A stretch of 64,000 bases of DNA from Clostridia bacterium (GCA_017461545.1 JAFTXP010000021.1:3624-67623); one strand, 5' to 3'. Counted from the first letter of the stretch, positions 39,039-48,070 are shown. Notes: a model not told the origin generated them from the sequence alone. Numbers and translations are program-made.

Positions 39039-39680
39039 TCAAAGTTTTCTGAATACTCCGACTACTTTACCCAGAATAAGCAATTCTTTTGTATAGATGG
39101 CTTTCATGTATCTGTTTTCGGGCTGTAATCTGAAACAATCTCTTTCTTTGTAGAAAGTCTTTACCGTTGCTTCGTCTTCTATAAGAGCAACAACGATGTC
39201 ACCGTCTCGTGCGGTAGACTGTCTCTGTACCAGAATATAATCACCGTCCAAAATTCCGGCCTCTATCATACTTTCTCCGCTGACATGAAGCATAAAAGCT
39301 TCTCCGGAAAGAAAATCCCCGGGAACAGGGAACGTTCTCTCTACATTTTCTACGGCCAATATCGGCATACCTGCCGTTACTTTTCCGATAACAGGGACAT
39401 TTACCGAATCCTGGTCAATATCTTGCGTAAAAAAAGGATTTACCGCAGACTTTGTACCTGTAAGTCTTATACCGCGTGTTTTTGAATCATCTTTTTCTAT
39501 ATATCCTTTTTTCTCCAAAGCTGCTAAATGTGTAAATACGGTAGATGAAGAAGTGAGCCCTACTGCTGCACAAATCTCACGTATCGAGGGCGGATACCCG
39601 TTTCTTCTTATACTGTCTTCTATAAAATCAAGAATCTCCTGCTGTTTCGGTGAGGGTAGTGTTGTAGGTTTCCGTGCCAT
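39039..39680 (-). CDS. lexA: SOS repressor LexA
   Basis: GYPPSIREIC wHTH, Ala-Gly cleavage site (VTAG), Ser (GESM) and Lys (TVK) dyad. Start moved to the ATG at 39680, after GAGGT. Confidence 0.96.
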   Translation of the reverse strand: MARKPTTLPSPKQQEILDFIEDSIRRNGYPPSIREICAAVGLTSSSTVFTHLAALEKKGYIEKDDSKTRGIRLTGTKSAVNPFFTQDIDQDSVNVPVIGKVTAGMPILAVENVERTFPVPGDFLSGEAFMLHVSGESMIEAGILDGDYILVQRQSTARDGDIVVALIEDEATVKTFYKERDCFRLQPENRYMKAIYTKELLILGKVVGVFRKL

Positions 39681-39744
39681 AAAATACCTCCGTATATTTA
39701 AAAATTTTGTTTGGGTAAATTGTACCACAAATAAAAATAAATGC

Positions 39745-39756
39745 AAACTTTTGTTC
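39745..39756 (-). promoter_or_regulatory. Putative LexA (SOS) box
   Basis: Minus strand GAAC-AAAA-GTTT, about 65 nt upstream of lexA; fits the Firmicute GAAC-N4-GTTY consensus. Confidence 0.6.
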
Positions 39757-39911
39757 TCTGAAAAAATAGTTAAAAATATTTTTATGGTTTTTCCATATTA
39801 TTAATATAATAAAAAAATTTATATACGAAATAATAATAAAGCAAAATATAATTTAACATATAGTTAAACGGATAAATTTTGCAGTTAATTAAAAACGAGA
39901 AGGTGTTTTAT

Positions 39912-40136
39912 ATGTGTAAAAAGATATTAGATAATGTAATGTGTGTCAGCCGTAAAACCTGCAGAATGTATTCATGTAAATCAAAAATTGAAGGTATGTT
40001 GCTCGGTGTTATGATCGGCTCGATAGGTGGTATTGCATTAGGAATGTTTGTGAATTCAGATGCGGGAAAAAAGATGCGCAACAAAATGATGTGCAATTGT
40101 GTGAACGGAGAGTACAGTACACCTAATGATAATTAA
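39912..40136 (+). CDS. Small membrane protein, YtxH-like
   Basis: GMLLGVMIGSIGGIALGMF...GKKMRNK; AAGGT RBS. Confidence 0.55.
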   Translation: MCKKILDNVMCVSRKTCRMYSCKSKIEGMLLGVMIGSIGGIALGMFVNSDAGKKMRNKMMCNCVNGEYSTPNDN

Positions 40137-40170
40137 TCGATACGTAACAGATTATTATTTCTAAATATGC

Positions 40171-40220
40171 AAGGAGATTCTGCAGGATCGGATATAGGAC
40201 CTATATTGCAGAATCTCCTT
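40171..40220. repeat. Intergenic inverted repeat (14-bp arms)
   Basis: aaggagattctgca / tgcagaatctcctt. Confidence 0.7.
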
Positions 40221-40294
40221 TGTATATTCCGGGAAATAATATAAAAATCGACATGGGAAAAGTTTGGAAATGATATAATAGTTAAAAATAAAAA

Positions 40295-40319
40295 ATCCCG
40301 AACACATTGTGTTCGGGAT
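40295..40319 (-). terminator. Terminator of tRNA-Leu
   Basis: atcccgaacac / gtgttcgggat followed by a T run on the minus strand. Confidence 0.75.
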
Positions 40320-40322
40320 AAA

Positions 40323-40405
40323 TGCGACCGACGAGACTTGAACTCGTACGGGGGTTGCCCACACGCCCCTCAAACGTGCGCGTCTGCCAATTCCGCCACG
40401 GTCGC
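40323..40405 (-). tRNA. tRNA-Leu(GAG)
   Basis: GCGACCGTGGCGGAATTGGCAGACGC-CACGT TTGAGGG GCGTG-variable arm-GAGTTCAAGTCTC-GTCGGTCGC. Confidence 0.95.
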
Positions 40406-40436
40406 ATGGCATACTGTTTTCGCAACAGCAAGACAG

Positions 40437-40465
40437 ATTATACTCATATAAACTTAACCTGTCAA
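40437..40465 (-). promoter_or_regulatory. Consensus sigma-A promoter of tRNA-Leu
   Basis: TTGACA-17 bp-TATAAT on the minus strand. Confidence 0.8.
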
Positions 40466-40520
40466 GCGTTTTTTTACATAATTTTTGAAAAAATCCAAAT
40501 TTAATAGTATTGAAAGGCAG

Positions 40521-42242
40521 ATGAGAAAAATTTTTCAGATAGGATCTGATTATTTATACGGTTTAAATACAAAACAGGCTGACGCGGCAAATCATTTATA
40601 CGGGCCTGCGCTTGTTTTAGCAGGTCCCGGAAGCGGAAAGACATCAGTTATAACGGCAAGAGCAGTCAGTCTGATTGAGAAGCGGAGAGTAAAACCATGC
40701 AGGCTGCTCACAGTAACTTTCAGCAGAGCCGCAGCAGAAGAGATGAGAAAAAGATATATAAAAAAAGTCGGAGAAGAACGCATAACAGACTCAGATGTTC
40801 CCGAGTATTGTACATTACACAGCTTTTGTTTAAAGTCGATAAAGTATTGTAAAGCATATGGTGAGCATGAAAGAAAAATATTGTGCGGCAGTGCAGAGAA
40901 GCATAAATTGATATCGGATATCTGGAACAGGATAAATGCGTCGGAAAACAATATACTTACTTTTGAATATCTTGAATTAATATCAAATACCATAAGCAAA
41001 ATAAAATGTTTCAGCGGTACAGAAAAAGAAGCTGATTTGCGTAAAGATATACAGATAAGAAATTTTGATGAAATATTTTACGAGTATGAAAAATATAAGC
41101 AGGAAAAATATTTAATTGATTTTGATGATATGTTATCGGAAACGGCGCTGTATCTTGCGGAAGATAAGATGTTTAAGGCTCTGATATCAGAGAAATATGA
41201 TTTCGTTCAGGTTGATGAAGGTCAGGATTTGTCTTATTTGCAGATAGAGATAATAAAATCTGTAGGTTCGCATGGAAATGTTTTTATGGTTGCCGATGAT
41301 GATCAGGGAATATACGGATTCAGAGGCGCTGATGTCAAATCTCTTAAACGTTATGAGGAAGCATTCTGCGGTTGCAAACGGTATTATCTTGAGCAAAATT
41401 ACAGGTCCTGCGGTGAAATTGTTTCGACAGCATCGTCTTTTATCAGAAAAAATTCAGACAGATACGAAAAAAATATTTTTACACTTAATAGTGCAGGTGA
41501 AAAGATAGAATTAATCAGGACTCGCGACATTGTATCACAGGCAAGGTTCGCCGCCGAAATTGCACTTGCAAATTCGGCGGCGGGCTTAACCTGCGGTATT
41601 CTTTACCGGAAAAACATGTCGGCTTTAATGCCCTTGCTGCTGCTTTACGAGCTCTCACGCCGCAACGGCATAAAAGCCTCCTTCTGCATATCCGGAGACT
41701 TCATTCACCCCTGTGGATATGAAATAGTAAAAGAATACCTGGAAAAAATACTGCAACATGAGCGTCATTCACGATTCATATGCAAAAGTCCGTCTGATAT
41801 TTTCCGTGATATGGAGAGATGCGGCAAAATTGATGAATACAGGAATTTGTGCGCGCTGAAAGGACAAAGCGCGAAAGAGACTGAATATATTCTGTCTTTT
41901 ACCAAAGTCATGGGCAAAACATTGAAAAAATACGGACAAATAACGGAATTTCTCGAACAAATCAGAACTAATGAGTCGGAAAGTAATATTTTTTTCAGCA
42001 CGGTGCATTCATCGAAAGGGCTGGAATATGACTGTGTTGTAATTATCGATGCTTCGGAGGATGAATTCCCTAAAAGGACAGCTGTTGACAATGAAGAGAT
42101 TGAAGAAGAACGGCGTCTTTTTTATGTTGCGATGACAAGAGCCAAAAAGAAACTTTATATTGTAACTCCTGACAAATGCGGAAGAATAAAATGCAGTCCG
42201 GGTATATTTTTTTGTGAAACAGCATCGGTAATAAACGCATAA
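40521..42242 (+). CDS. UvrD/PcrA-like SF1 helicase, short form
   Basis: Motifs AGPGSGKT, VDEGQD, DDDQGIYGFRGA, LEQNYRS, STVHSSKGLEYD and EERRLFYVAMTRAK. Start at the ATG at 40521, after GAAAGG. Confidence 0.88.
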   Translation: MRKIFQIGSDYLYGLNTKQADAANHLYGPALVLAGPGSGKTSVITARAVSLIEKRRVKPCRLLTVTFSRAAAEEMRKRYIKKVGEERITDSDVPEYCTLHSFCLKSIKYCKAYGEHERKILCGSAEKHKLISDIWNRINASENNILTFEYLELISNTISKIKCFSGTEKEADLRKDIQIRNFDEIFYEYEKYKQEKYLIDFDDMLSETALYLAEDKMFKALISEKYDFVQVDEGQDLSYLQIEIIKSVGSHGNVFMVADDDQGIYGFRGADVKSLKRYEEAFCGCKRYYLEQNYRSCGEIVSTASSFIRKNSDRYEKNIFTLNSAGEKIELIRTRDIVSQARFAAEIALANSAAGLTCGILYRKNMSALMPLLLLYELSRRNGIKASFCISGDFIHPCGYEIVKEYLEKILQHERHSRFICKSPSDIFRDMERCGKIDEYRNLCALKGQSAKETEYILSFTKVMGKTLKKYGQITEFLEQIRTNESESNIFFSTVHSSKGLEYDCVVIIDASEDEFPKRTAVDNEEIEEERRLFYVAMTRAKKKLYIVTPDKCGRIKCSPGIFFCETASVINA

Positions 42243-42277
42243 AATGGTTATGTAAATCAGATTATACGGTCGTGTTA

Positions 42278-43429
42278 ATGACAGTGAATAACAGTTTTGT
42301 GACAAAGAAATTTTTAGGTTCCAATACAGGTGAAGGTTTTAAGGGGTTTTACGGAGATCTGCTCTCGGGGAGCGGATTCGGATACCGTAATCAGAGTATT
42401 TATATATTAAAAGGAGGCCCGGGAACAGGAAAATCAACCTTTATAAAAAAAGTTGCGGCGATGCTTGAAAAGTCTGACTGTGATGCGGAACTGCTTCTTT
42501 GCTCAGGAGACGTAAAAAGTCTGGACGGTGTTTCAAGTAAAACAGGAGGAATAACAGTTGTTGACGGAACAAATCCTCATTGTATCGAGCCGGTTTGTCC
42601 CGGAGTACGCGAAAGCATTGTAAATCTCGGTGCTTTCTGGAACCGTGAAGTCCTGAAGAAATATTCTGATGAGATTGAGAACTTATCGGAGAAAAAGGCG
42701 ATTATGTATAAGAAGGCATATCATTATTTGGCTGCGGCAAATGAAATCAATAAGGAACGGTCGGGCATTCTTAACCGGTGTATTGACAGAAGAAAGATGA
42801 AGTTGTACGGCGAATCTTTTGCAGAAGAGTTGATTCCCAAGAAGGATGATGCAGAAGTATTGGGTGTAAAAAGAAGAGCTTTTTCAACTGCTGTGACTTC
42901 TGAAGGAGTATTCGGTGCAGTTCCGGGAATGAGTGACGGTGAACTTCGCGGATATAAAATCTATTGCATCAATTCCGAACTTGGAATTTCATGTGAACCG
43001 ATACTTGATGAAGTCGCTGAAAAAGCGGTGAGCAGCGGTTATGATGTTGATTTGTATTATTGCGGATTTGACGCCGGAAAACTTGAACACATCGTAATAC
43101 CGGAATTGAATATTGCTATTGTTACTTCAAATGAATATCACCCGTACGATAAACAAAACATAGAACAGGAGATATTGCCCGAGGGTTTCTTAAAGAGTTC
43201 TGTTACAGTCAGTTCGGAGAGATGTATGGATTACGACATAGGATATGCAAAAATTCGTTTTGACGAACTTCTTGAAAGAGCATTCAGGGCGTTGCAGAAA
43301 GCTTCCGGGTATCATCATTCAATGGAGGATTATTATATAGAATCAATGGATTTTGCCTCCCTCAATGATTTTGCCGATTATGTTCTATGCGATATGGCAA
43401 AATTGATACATGAAAATGTTTTAGGATAA
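42278..43429 (+). CDS. P-loop ATPase (PRK06851-like clostridial family)
   Basis: Motifs LKGGPGTGKST, LLCSGD..SLDG and DGTNPHCIEP. The stop codon lies immediately before the right junction site. Confidence 0.75.
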   Translation: MTVNNSFVTKKFLGSNTGEGFKGFYGDLLSGSGFGYRNQSIYILKGGPGTGKSTFIKKVAAMLEKSDCDAELLLCSGDVKSLDGVSSKTGGITVVDGTNPHCIEPVCPGVRESIVNLGAFWNREVLKKYSDEIENLSEKKAIMYKKAYHYLAAANEINKERSGILNRCIDRRKMKLYGESFAEELIPKKDDAEVLGVKRRAFSTAVTSEGVFGAVPGMSDGELRGYKIYCINSELGISCEPILDEVAEKAVSSGYDVDLYYCGFDAGKLEHIVIPELNIAIVTSNEYHPYDKQNIEQEILPEGFLKSSVTVSSERCMDYDIGYAKIRFDELLERAFRALQKASGYHHSMEDYYIESMDFASLNDFADYVLCDMAKLIHENVLG

Positions 43430-43430
43430 A

Positions 43431-43475
43431 TGTGACAGCAGGGGCTGCACATCCCGGCGGATGTACAATAGGCGC
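43431..43475 (+). other. Right junction site of the split murA (putative attL/attR-like site)
   Basis: tgtgacagcaggggctgcacatccc-GG-cggatgtacaataggcgc; dyad-symmetric; inverted homolog of 12957-12979. Confidence 0.75.
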
Positions 43476-44409
43476 AAGGCCTATAGACATCCATGTTGAC
43501 GCATTAAAAGCTCTCGGAATAGATTTTTTTTCCGGAAAAGAGATAAGTACGTGCGGAAGATGCGATGATGCTTTATCTGCTGCAGGTCAGATAAAGGGCG
43601 GTCAGGTATTGCTTAAATTTCCGAGTGTGGGCGCAACGGAAAATCTGATGATTGCCGCTTCTTGCTGTGAAGAAAAAACAGTAATTATTAATGCTGCGAG
43701 AGAGCCTGAAATTTGCGATCTACAGTCTTTTCTTCAAAAATGCGGAGTCAATATAAGCGGCGCCGGAACTCCTGTTATTACTGTGTACGGAACTGTAAAG
43801 CCAAATAAAAATGTCATTCACCGTGTTATTCCGGACAGAATCGAGGCATGTACATATATTACTTGTGCTGCACTTTGCGGTGACGATGTATTTATAAAAA
43901 AATGCGATCCCCGGTATGTCTCTTTACTGATAAAAATATTGAGAAAATGCGGAGCGGCAATAGACTGCGGAAATGAATCGATACGTGTAAAGAAATGTAT
44001 TACCTCTGAATCGTATAAAAAGCAGCAGTTTATTAAAACCGGTCCGCATCCGATGGTTGCAACAGATATGCAGCCCCTTCTTACTGTGCTTGCTGCGTGT
44101 ACAGGTTGTTTTTGTGCGATAGAAGAGACTGTGTTTGCTAACAGGTTTAAACATGTTGATGAGCTTTGCCGCATGGGGGCAAAGCTATATGTATCAGGTG
44201 ATTTCATTTTGTGCGGCGGTGCATCAAAACTAAAACCGGCTATAGTATATGCCAGCGACCTCAGGTGCGGCGCTGCGCTTGTTACGGCTGCGCTATGCGC
44301 AGAAGGTGTTTCTGTGGTATCCGATCCGTGCGATTATATTATGCGAGGATACAATGCACCGGAAAAGAAGCTTGCCGGCGCGGAAGCTTATATAGTGAAA
44401 TTGCCTTAA
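43445..44409 (+). pseudogene. murA: 3' part of split MurA (from HPGGC onward); ORF track start is the GTG at 43432
   Basis: HPGGCTIGARPIDIH, SVGATENLM, AAREPEI.DL, IPDRIEA.TY, TDMQP, NRF.HV.EL, SDLRCGAALV.AAL and RGY. Lacks codons 1-110. Confidence 0.92.
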
Positions 44410-44523
44410 ACTTATTATGTCTGTTTATTATGTTTTTTAGGGTAATTTTTTAGTTCAAATTTAAAAAAAACAACAAGCAGTGTTTCAAAATCGATATCGG
44501 GCAATTTCCGGTTTTCATTTCTA

Positions 44524-44590
44524 AAAAACCACATAGCCCATGTTTCACAAAACGGTTTCGGGCGTTTTTGGAACAGGGGCTATCTGGTTT
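44524..44590. terminator. Imperfect long hairpin downstream of the murA 3' part
   Basis: aaaaacca.atagccc... / ...gggctat.tggttttt. Confidence 0.5.
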
Positions 44591-44646
44591 TTGCTGGACT
44601 TATTAAAAAAGCTGTGCAATAATTACCTCAGTTATTTTTAACGGAG

Positions 44647-45561
44647 GTGATTTGTTTGGTAGATGTTACTTTGCTCGGATGCGGAGGTTCTATTCCGCTT
44701 AAGGACCGTTGGCTGACATCGTGTCTTATAAGATATGAGGGTAAAAGTATATTGATAGACTGCGGAGAGGGTACGCAGATTGCTCTCAAATCAGCAGGGT
44801 ATACTTTCAAACCTATTGATGTTATATGTTTTACTCACTATCACGCAGATCATATTTCGGGTTTGCCCGGTTTTTTGCTTTCTATGGGTAATGCAGGCCG
44901 CACAGAACCTTTGGAGCTCATAGGACCTCCGGGTCTTGCAAAAACAGTAAATGCCCTTCGTGTCATTGCTCCGGAGATCCCTTTTGAAATAAAGTACACC
45001 GAGATAAATGGTTCCGTAGATTCTTTTAATATAGGCCCGTTTGTGATAACGGCGTACCGTGTTTTACATGCGGTTACTTGCTACGGATACCGTATCGATA
45101 TCCCGCGCATAGGCAAATTTGATGTGAGCCGCGCACTTGCTCTGGGATTGCCTAAAAATCTCTGGGGAGTTCTCCAAGACGGAAGTTCTGTGGAATTTGA
45201 AGGAAAAACTTATGTGCCGCAGGATGTTCTCGGACCGGACAGAAAGGGTATAACAATCGCTTATTGTACCGATTCACGTCCTGTCGAAAGGATAAAAATA
45301 TTGGCTAAAGACGCTGATTTATTTATTTGCGAAGGTTTATACGGGGATCCCGAGAAACAGTCCAAAACTGCCGAAAAGTACCATATGACTTTCAGCGAAG
45401 CGGCGCGTCTTGCAAAAGATGCCGATGCGAAATGTATGTGGCTTACTCATTACAGTCCTGCGGTGACGGACCCAGAGGAGTTTTTGGAGGAAACCAGAAG
45501 CATTTTTACCGAGACATATTGTGGATTTGACGGAAAGACAACGAGTCTGATGTTTGAATAA
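44647..45561 (+). CDS. rnz: Ribonuclease Z
   Basis: Motifs LLGCGGS.P, DCGEGTQ, HYHADHISG, exosite insertion, YCTDS, HMTF..AA and LTHYS. Confidence 0.92.
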   Translation: MICLVDVTLLGCGGSIPLKDRWLTSCLIRYEGKSILIDCGEGTQIALKSAGYTFKPIDVICFTHYHADHISGLPGFLLSMGNAGRTEPLELIGPPGLAKTVNALRVIAPEIPFEIKYTEINGSVDSFNIGPFVITAYRVLHAVTCYGYRIDIPRIGKFDVSRALALGLPKNLWGVLQDGSSVEFEGKTYVPQDVLGPDRKGITIAYCTDSRPVERIKILAKDADLFICEGLYGDPEKQSKTAEKYHMTFSEAARLAKDADAKCMWLTHYSPAVTDPEEFLEETRSIFTETYCGFDGKTTSLMFE

Positions 45562-45582
45562 TAATGAGTTGGCGAATAAGGG

Positions 45583-45611
45583 AGCTGGCTTGCCGTGACG
45601 GCAAGCCGGCT
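45583..45611 (+). terminator. Terminator after rnz
   Basis: agctggcttgccgt / acggcaagccggct followed by T residues. Confidence 0.75.
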
Positions 45612-45731
45612 GTTTTTCAATCTCCAAAGTGAATTTTCAGTGGAAATTCACTTTGGGGGATTAAAAAATGTGAAAATAACGGATATAATATGAAAAACGA
45701 GGCAATATAATATTGCGAGGGAGTGTTCGTT

Positions 45732-47036
45732 ATGAAATTTGAATCGGAAAATACCGAGTTTAAATTACAGGCAACTGATGATTTATATAAAGAGATTATA
45801 GCATTTGCAAATACGGACGGCGGTATAGTGTATATCGGTATTGACAATGAGGAGAACGCAGTAGGTCTTGAAAATGTTGACAAAGAATATACCCGTATAA
45901 CTAACGGTATCCGCGATGCCATCATGCCGGATGTTACTATGTTTGTAAAATATACACTTCAAGATAACGGAGTGGTGAAAATTGCTGTCGGAGAGGGCAG
46001 TTATAAGCCGTATTATCTTAAATCAAAAGGTTTGAAGCCCGGCGGAGTTTATGTCAGACAGGGAACTTCGTCTGTTCCGGCATCTTCTGAGAAGATTCGT
46101 CAGATGATAAAGGAATCCGACGGAGATACTTTTGAGGAGATTCGTTCTCTTGAACAGAATCTGAGCTTTGATTGTGCTCAAGTGATTTTCAACAGATACA
46201 AAGTAGATTTTACAAAAGAAAAGTACCGTGCGTTGGGTATTACCGACAATTCCGGCGATATGTATACAAATCTTGCGCTGATTATTTCCGACCAATGTCG
46301 GCATACGATAAAGGTTGCTGTTTTTGCGGACGAGGCAAATACGGAATTCCGCGACAGCAGGGAATTTTGCGGTTCTGTTTTCAGGCAGCTTGATGATACT
46401 TTTAATTACTTAAAACTGTGCAACAAGACACAGGCGACGTTTAAAGGTCTTGAAAGAATCGAAAGGCAGGATTACCCCGATGAAGCTGTGCGCGAGGCGT
46501 TGCTAAATGCGATTGTACACCGTGATTACGGTTTCAGCGGAAGCATCATAATAAATGTCAACGACAGAGAAATCGAGTTTATATCACTCGGCGGTCTTTT
46601 ACCGGGTTTATCGACTGATGACATACTAAGCGGTATATCACAGCCGAGGAATAAAAAGCTGGCGGAGATTTTCTACAGGTTGAGACTTATAGAATCGTAT
46701 GGTATGGGTATACGTAAAATCTTTAATTTATACAAAGACTGTGCGGTTTTGCCACGCATTGAGGTGACACAAAATACATTCAAAATTATTCTTCCGAATA
46801 TGAATAATATAATTTCTGCTGATAAGCCTGTGACAGAGAAATTGCATCTTACTGCGCAGAAAAGGAAAATTCTCGAAGCTGCGGAATATCGCGGAGAAAT
46901 TACCGAGGCAGATATTAAAGCTCTTTTAGACGTAAAAGATACCCGTGCATATATACTTATGAGAGAAATGTGCGATATGGGACTGATGAAGCAGATTGGC
47001 AGAGGTGCAGAGAAAAAGTATGTTATAAACTACTGA
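45732..47036 (+). CDS. AlbA_2 (Schlafen-like) domain + HATPase_c_4 ATP-binding domain + C-terminal HTH protein
   Basis: ESENTEFK, IIAFANTDGG.VYIG, PDEAVREALLNAIVHRDY, RNKKLAEIF.RL.LIE.YGMG and a C-terminal wHTH. Confidence 0.82.
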   Translation: MKFESENTEFKLQATDDLYKEIIAFANTDGGIVYIGIDNEENAVGLENVDKEYTRITNGIRDAIMPDVTMFVKYTLQDNGVVKIAVGEGSYKPYYLKSKGLKPGGVYVRQGTSSVPASSEKIRQMIKESDGDTFEEIRSLEQNLSFDCAQVIFNRYKVDFTKEKYRALGITDNSGDMYTNLALIISDQCRHTIKVAVFADEANTEFRDSREFCGSVFRQLDDTFNYLKLCNKTQATFKGLERIERQDYPDEAVREALLNAIVHRDYGFSGSIIINVNDREIEFISLGGLLPGLSTDDILSGISQPRNKKLAEIFYRLRLIESYGMGIRKIFNLYKDCAVLPRIEVTQNTFKIILPNMNNIISADKPVTEKLHLTAQKRKILEAAEYRGEITEADIKALLDVKDTRAYILMREMCDMGLMKQIGRGAEKKYVINY

Positions 47037-47130
47037 ACCGATTAAGTTGGATACTATAATAAAAGGGAATTTACCGGAAGTGATGAAATTATTTCCGATA
47101 AATTCCCTTTTATGCATCGTCATATTTTCT

Positions 47131-47934
47131 TTAATCCGCACAAAAATGTAAAAATCTCAGAACATCAAGGTAGTCTGTTGCGCAGAAACGGACTTTTGTG
47201 TTTGACACAAGCGCAGCGCCGGGGTAAGAGCTGTTGTGGTATGCTGTTATGTGATTTGCATATGCAATCTGAACTTCAAATTTTGCCGGCATGTCTATAA
47301 TACAATTTTCTGCCTTGCCGTTTGAGAGCGCTTCTTTTACTCCCGAATAGATTCTTTCGGCCGCATCTTCGGGATGTATTGAAACTGATGCTCCGCCGAT
47401 TCCTTCAGTGACGGGTACTGCAGTTATGTCGGGTATGAATTGTTTTGCTTCGTTGCAGATCGTTTCATCTCCGCTGATAAATATTACCGGGATTCCGAAG
47501 TATCCTGCCGTATATGCGTTTAAAATAAATTCGCTTGCGTAATTTCCGTTGATTTTTATAGATTCTATATATCTGTGCATCGTATGAGAGAGCGGATTGC
47601 CTGTGCTTTTTGCTCCGGAATGATATCCCGTGAACATGACCGCATCAAATTTTGCTCTGTCAATTCCGGTCATCATACAATATATGTCGTGCGCCCAGCC
47701 GCGCAATAATTGTGTGCCTTTAGGAAGCCCTGCGTGTTCAATATTGAGTGCACTGCCGTGTGCATCTCTTACAAGAACTTCTTTTGCGCCCGAGTCGTAT
47801 GCGGCACTTGCTGCTGCACAGACTTCTTTTGTCATCTGTGTTCCGAGCCAATGTCTGTTTGCGGGATTAAGCGCTTCATCCCAGTCGGTTGCACCGCAAG
47901 TTCCTTCTATGTCACTGCTGATAAATATTTTCAT
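47131..47934 (-). CDS. M55 family D-aminopeptidase (DppA-like)
   Basis: Motifs ISSDIEG, DAHG, TGYHS, LSHT and ISGDE. Confidence 0.9.
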   Translation of the reverse strand: MKIFISSDIEGTCGATDWDEALNPANRHWLGTQMTKEVCAAASAAYDSGAKEVLVRDAHGSALNIEHAGLPKGTQLLRGWAHDIYCMMTGIDRAKFDAVMFTGYHSGAKSTGNPLSHTMHRYIESIKINGNYASEFILNAYTAGYFGIPVIFISGDETICNEAKQFIPDITAVPVTEGIGGASVSIHPEDAAERIYSGVKEALSNGKAENCIIDMPAKFEVQIAYANHITAYHNSSYPGAALVSNTKVRFCATDYLDVLRFLHFCAD

Positions 47935-48041
47935 CTTTTACCTCCGAGTAAATTAGACATTTTTGCCATTTTAAGGATATTATATCACCTGTTTTTTATT
48001 TTAAAATAGAAAAATATGTTTCTTCTTCCGTAAAACTCCTA

Positions 48042-48070
48042 TTGTAATCGATAATTTTCATCGTTATACT
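48042..48070 (+). promoter_or_regulatory. Possible sigma-A promoter of lon
   Basis: TTGTAA-17 bp-TATACT. Confidence 0.45.

Noticed and set aside
40299-40314. LexA box near tRNA-Leu
   Set aside because: GAAC and GTTC are 7 bp apart and form part of the tRNA terminator stem.
12960-43464. Prophage or ICE inserted in murA
   Set aside because: The halves face opposite directions (an insertion would keep them co-oriented), and the interval holds housekeeping genes with no phage, conjugation or integrase genes.
12960-43464. Two independent murA pseudogenes, or an intein or intron
   Set aside because: The fragments are exactly complementary, overlapping only in the shared site. There are no intein or intron sequences, and neither half has internal stops or frameshifts.
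45732-47036. AlbA_2 protein as the recombinase for the murA inversion
   Set aside because: It has neither a serine-recombinase catalytic motif nor the tyrosine-recombinase R-H-R-Y residues.
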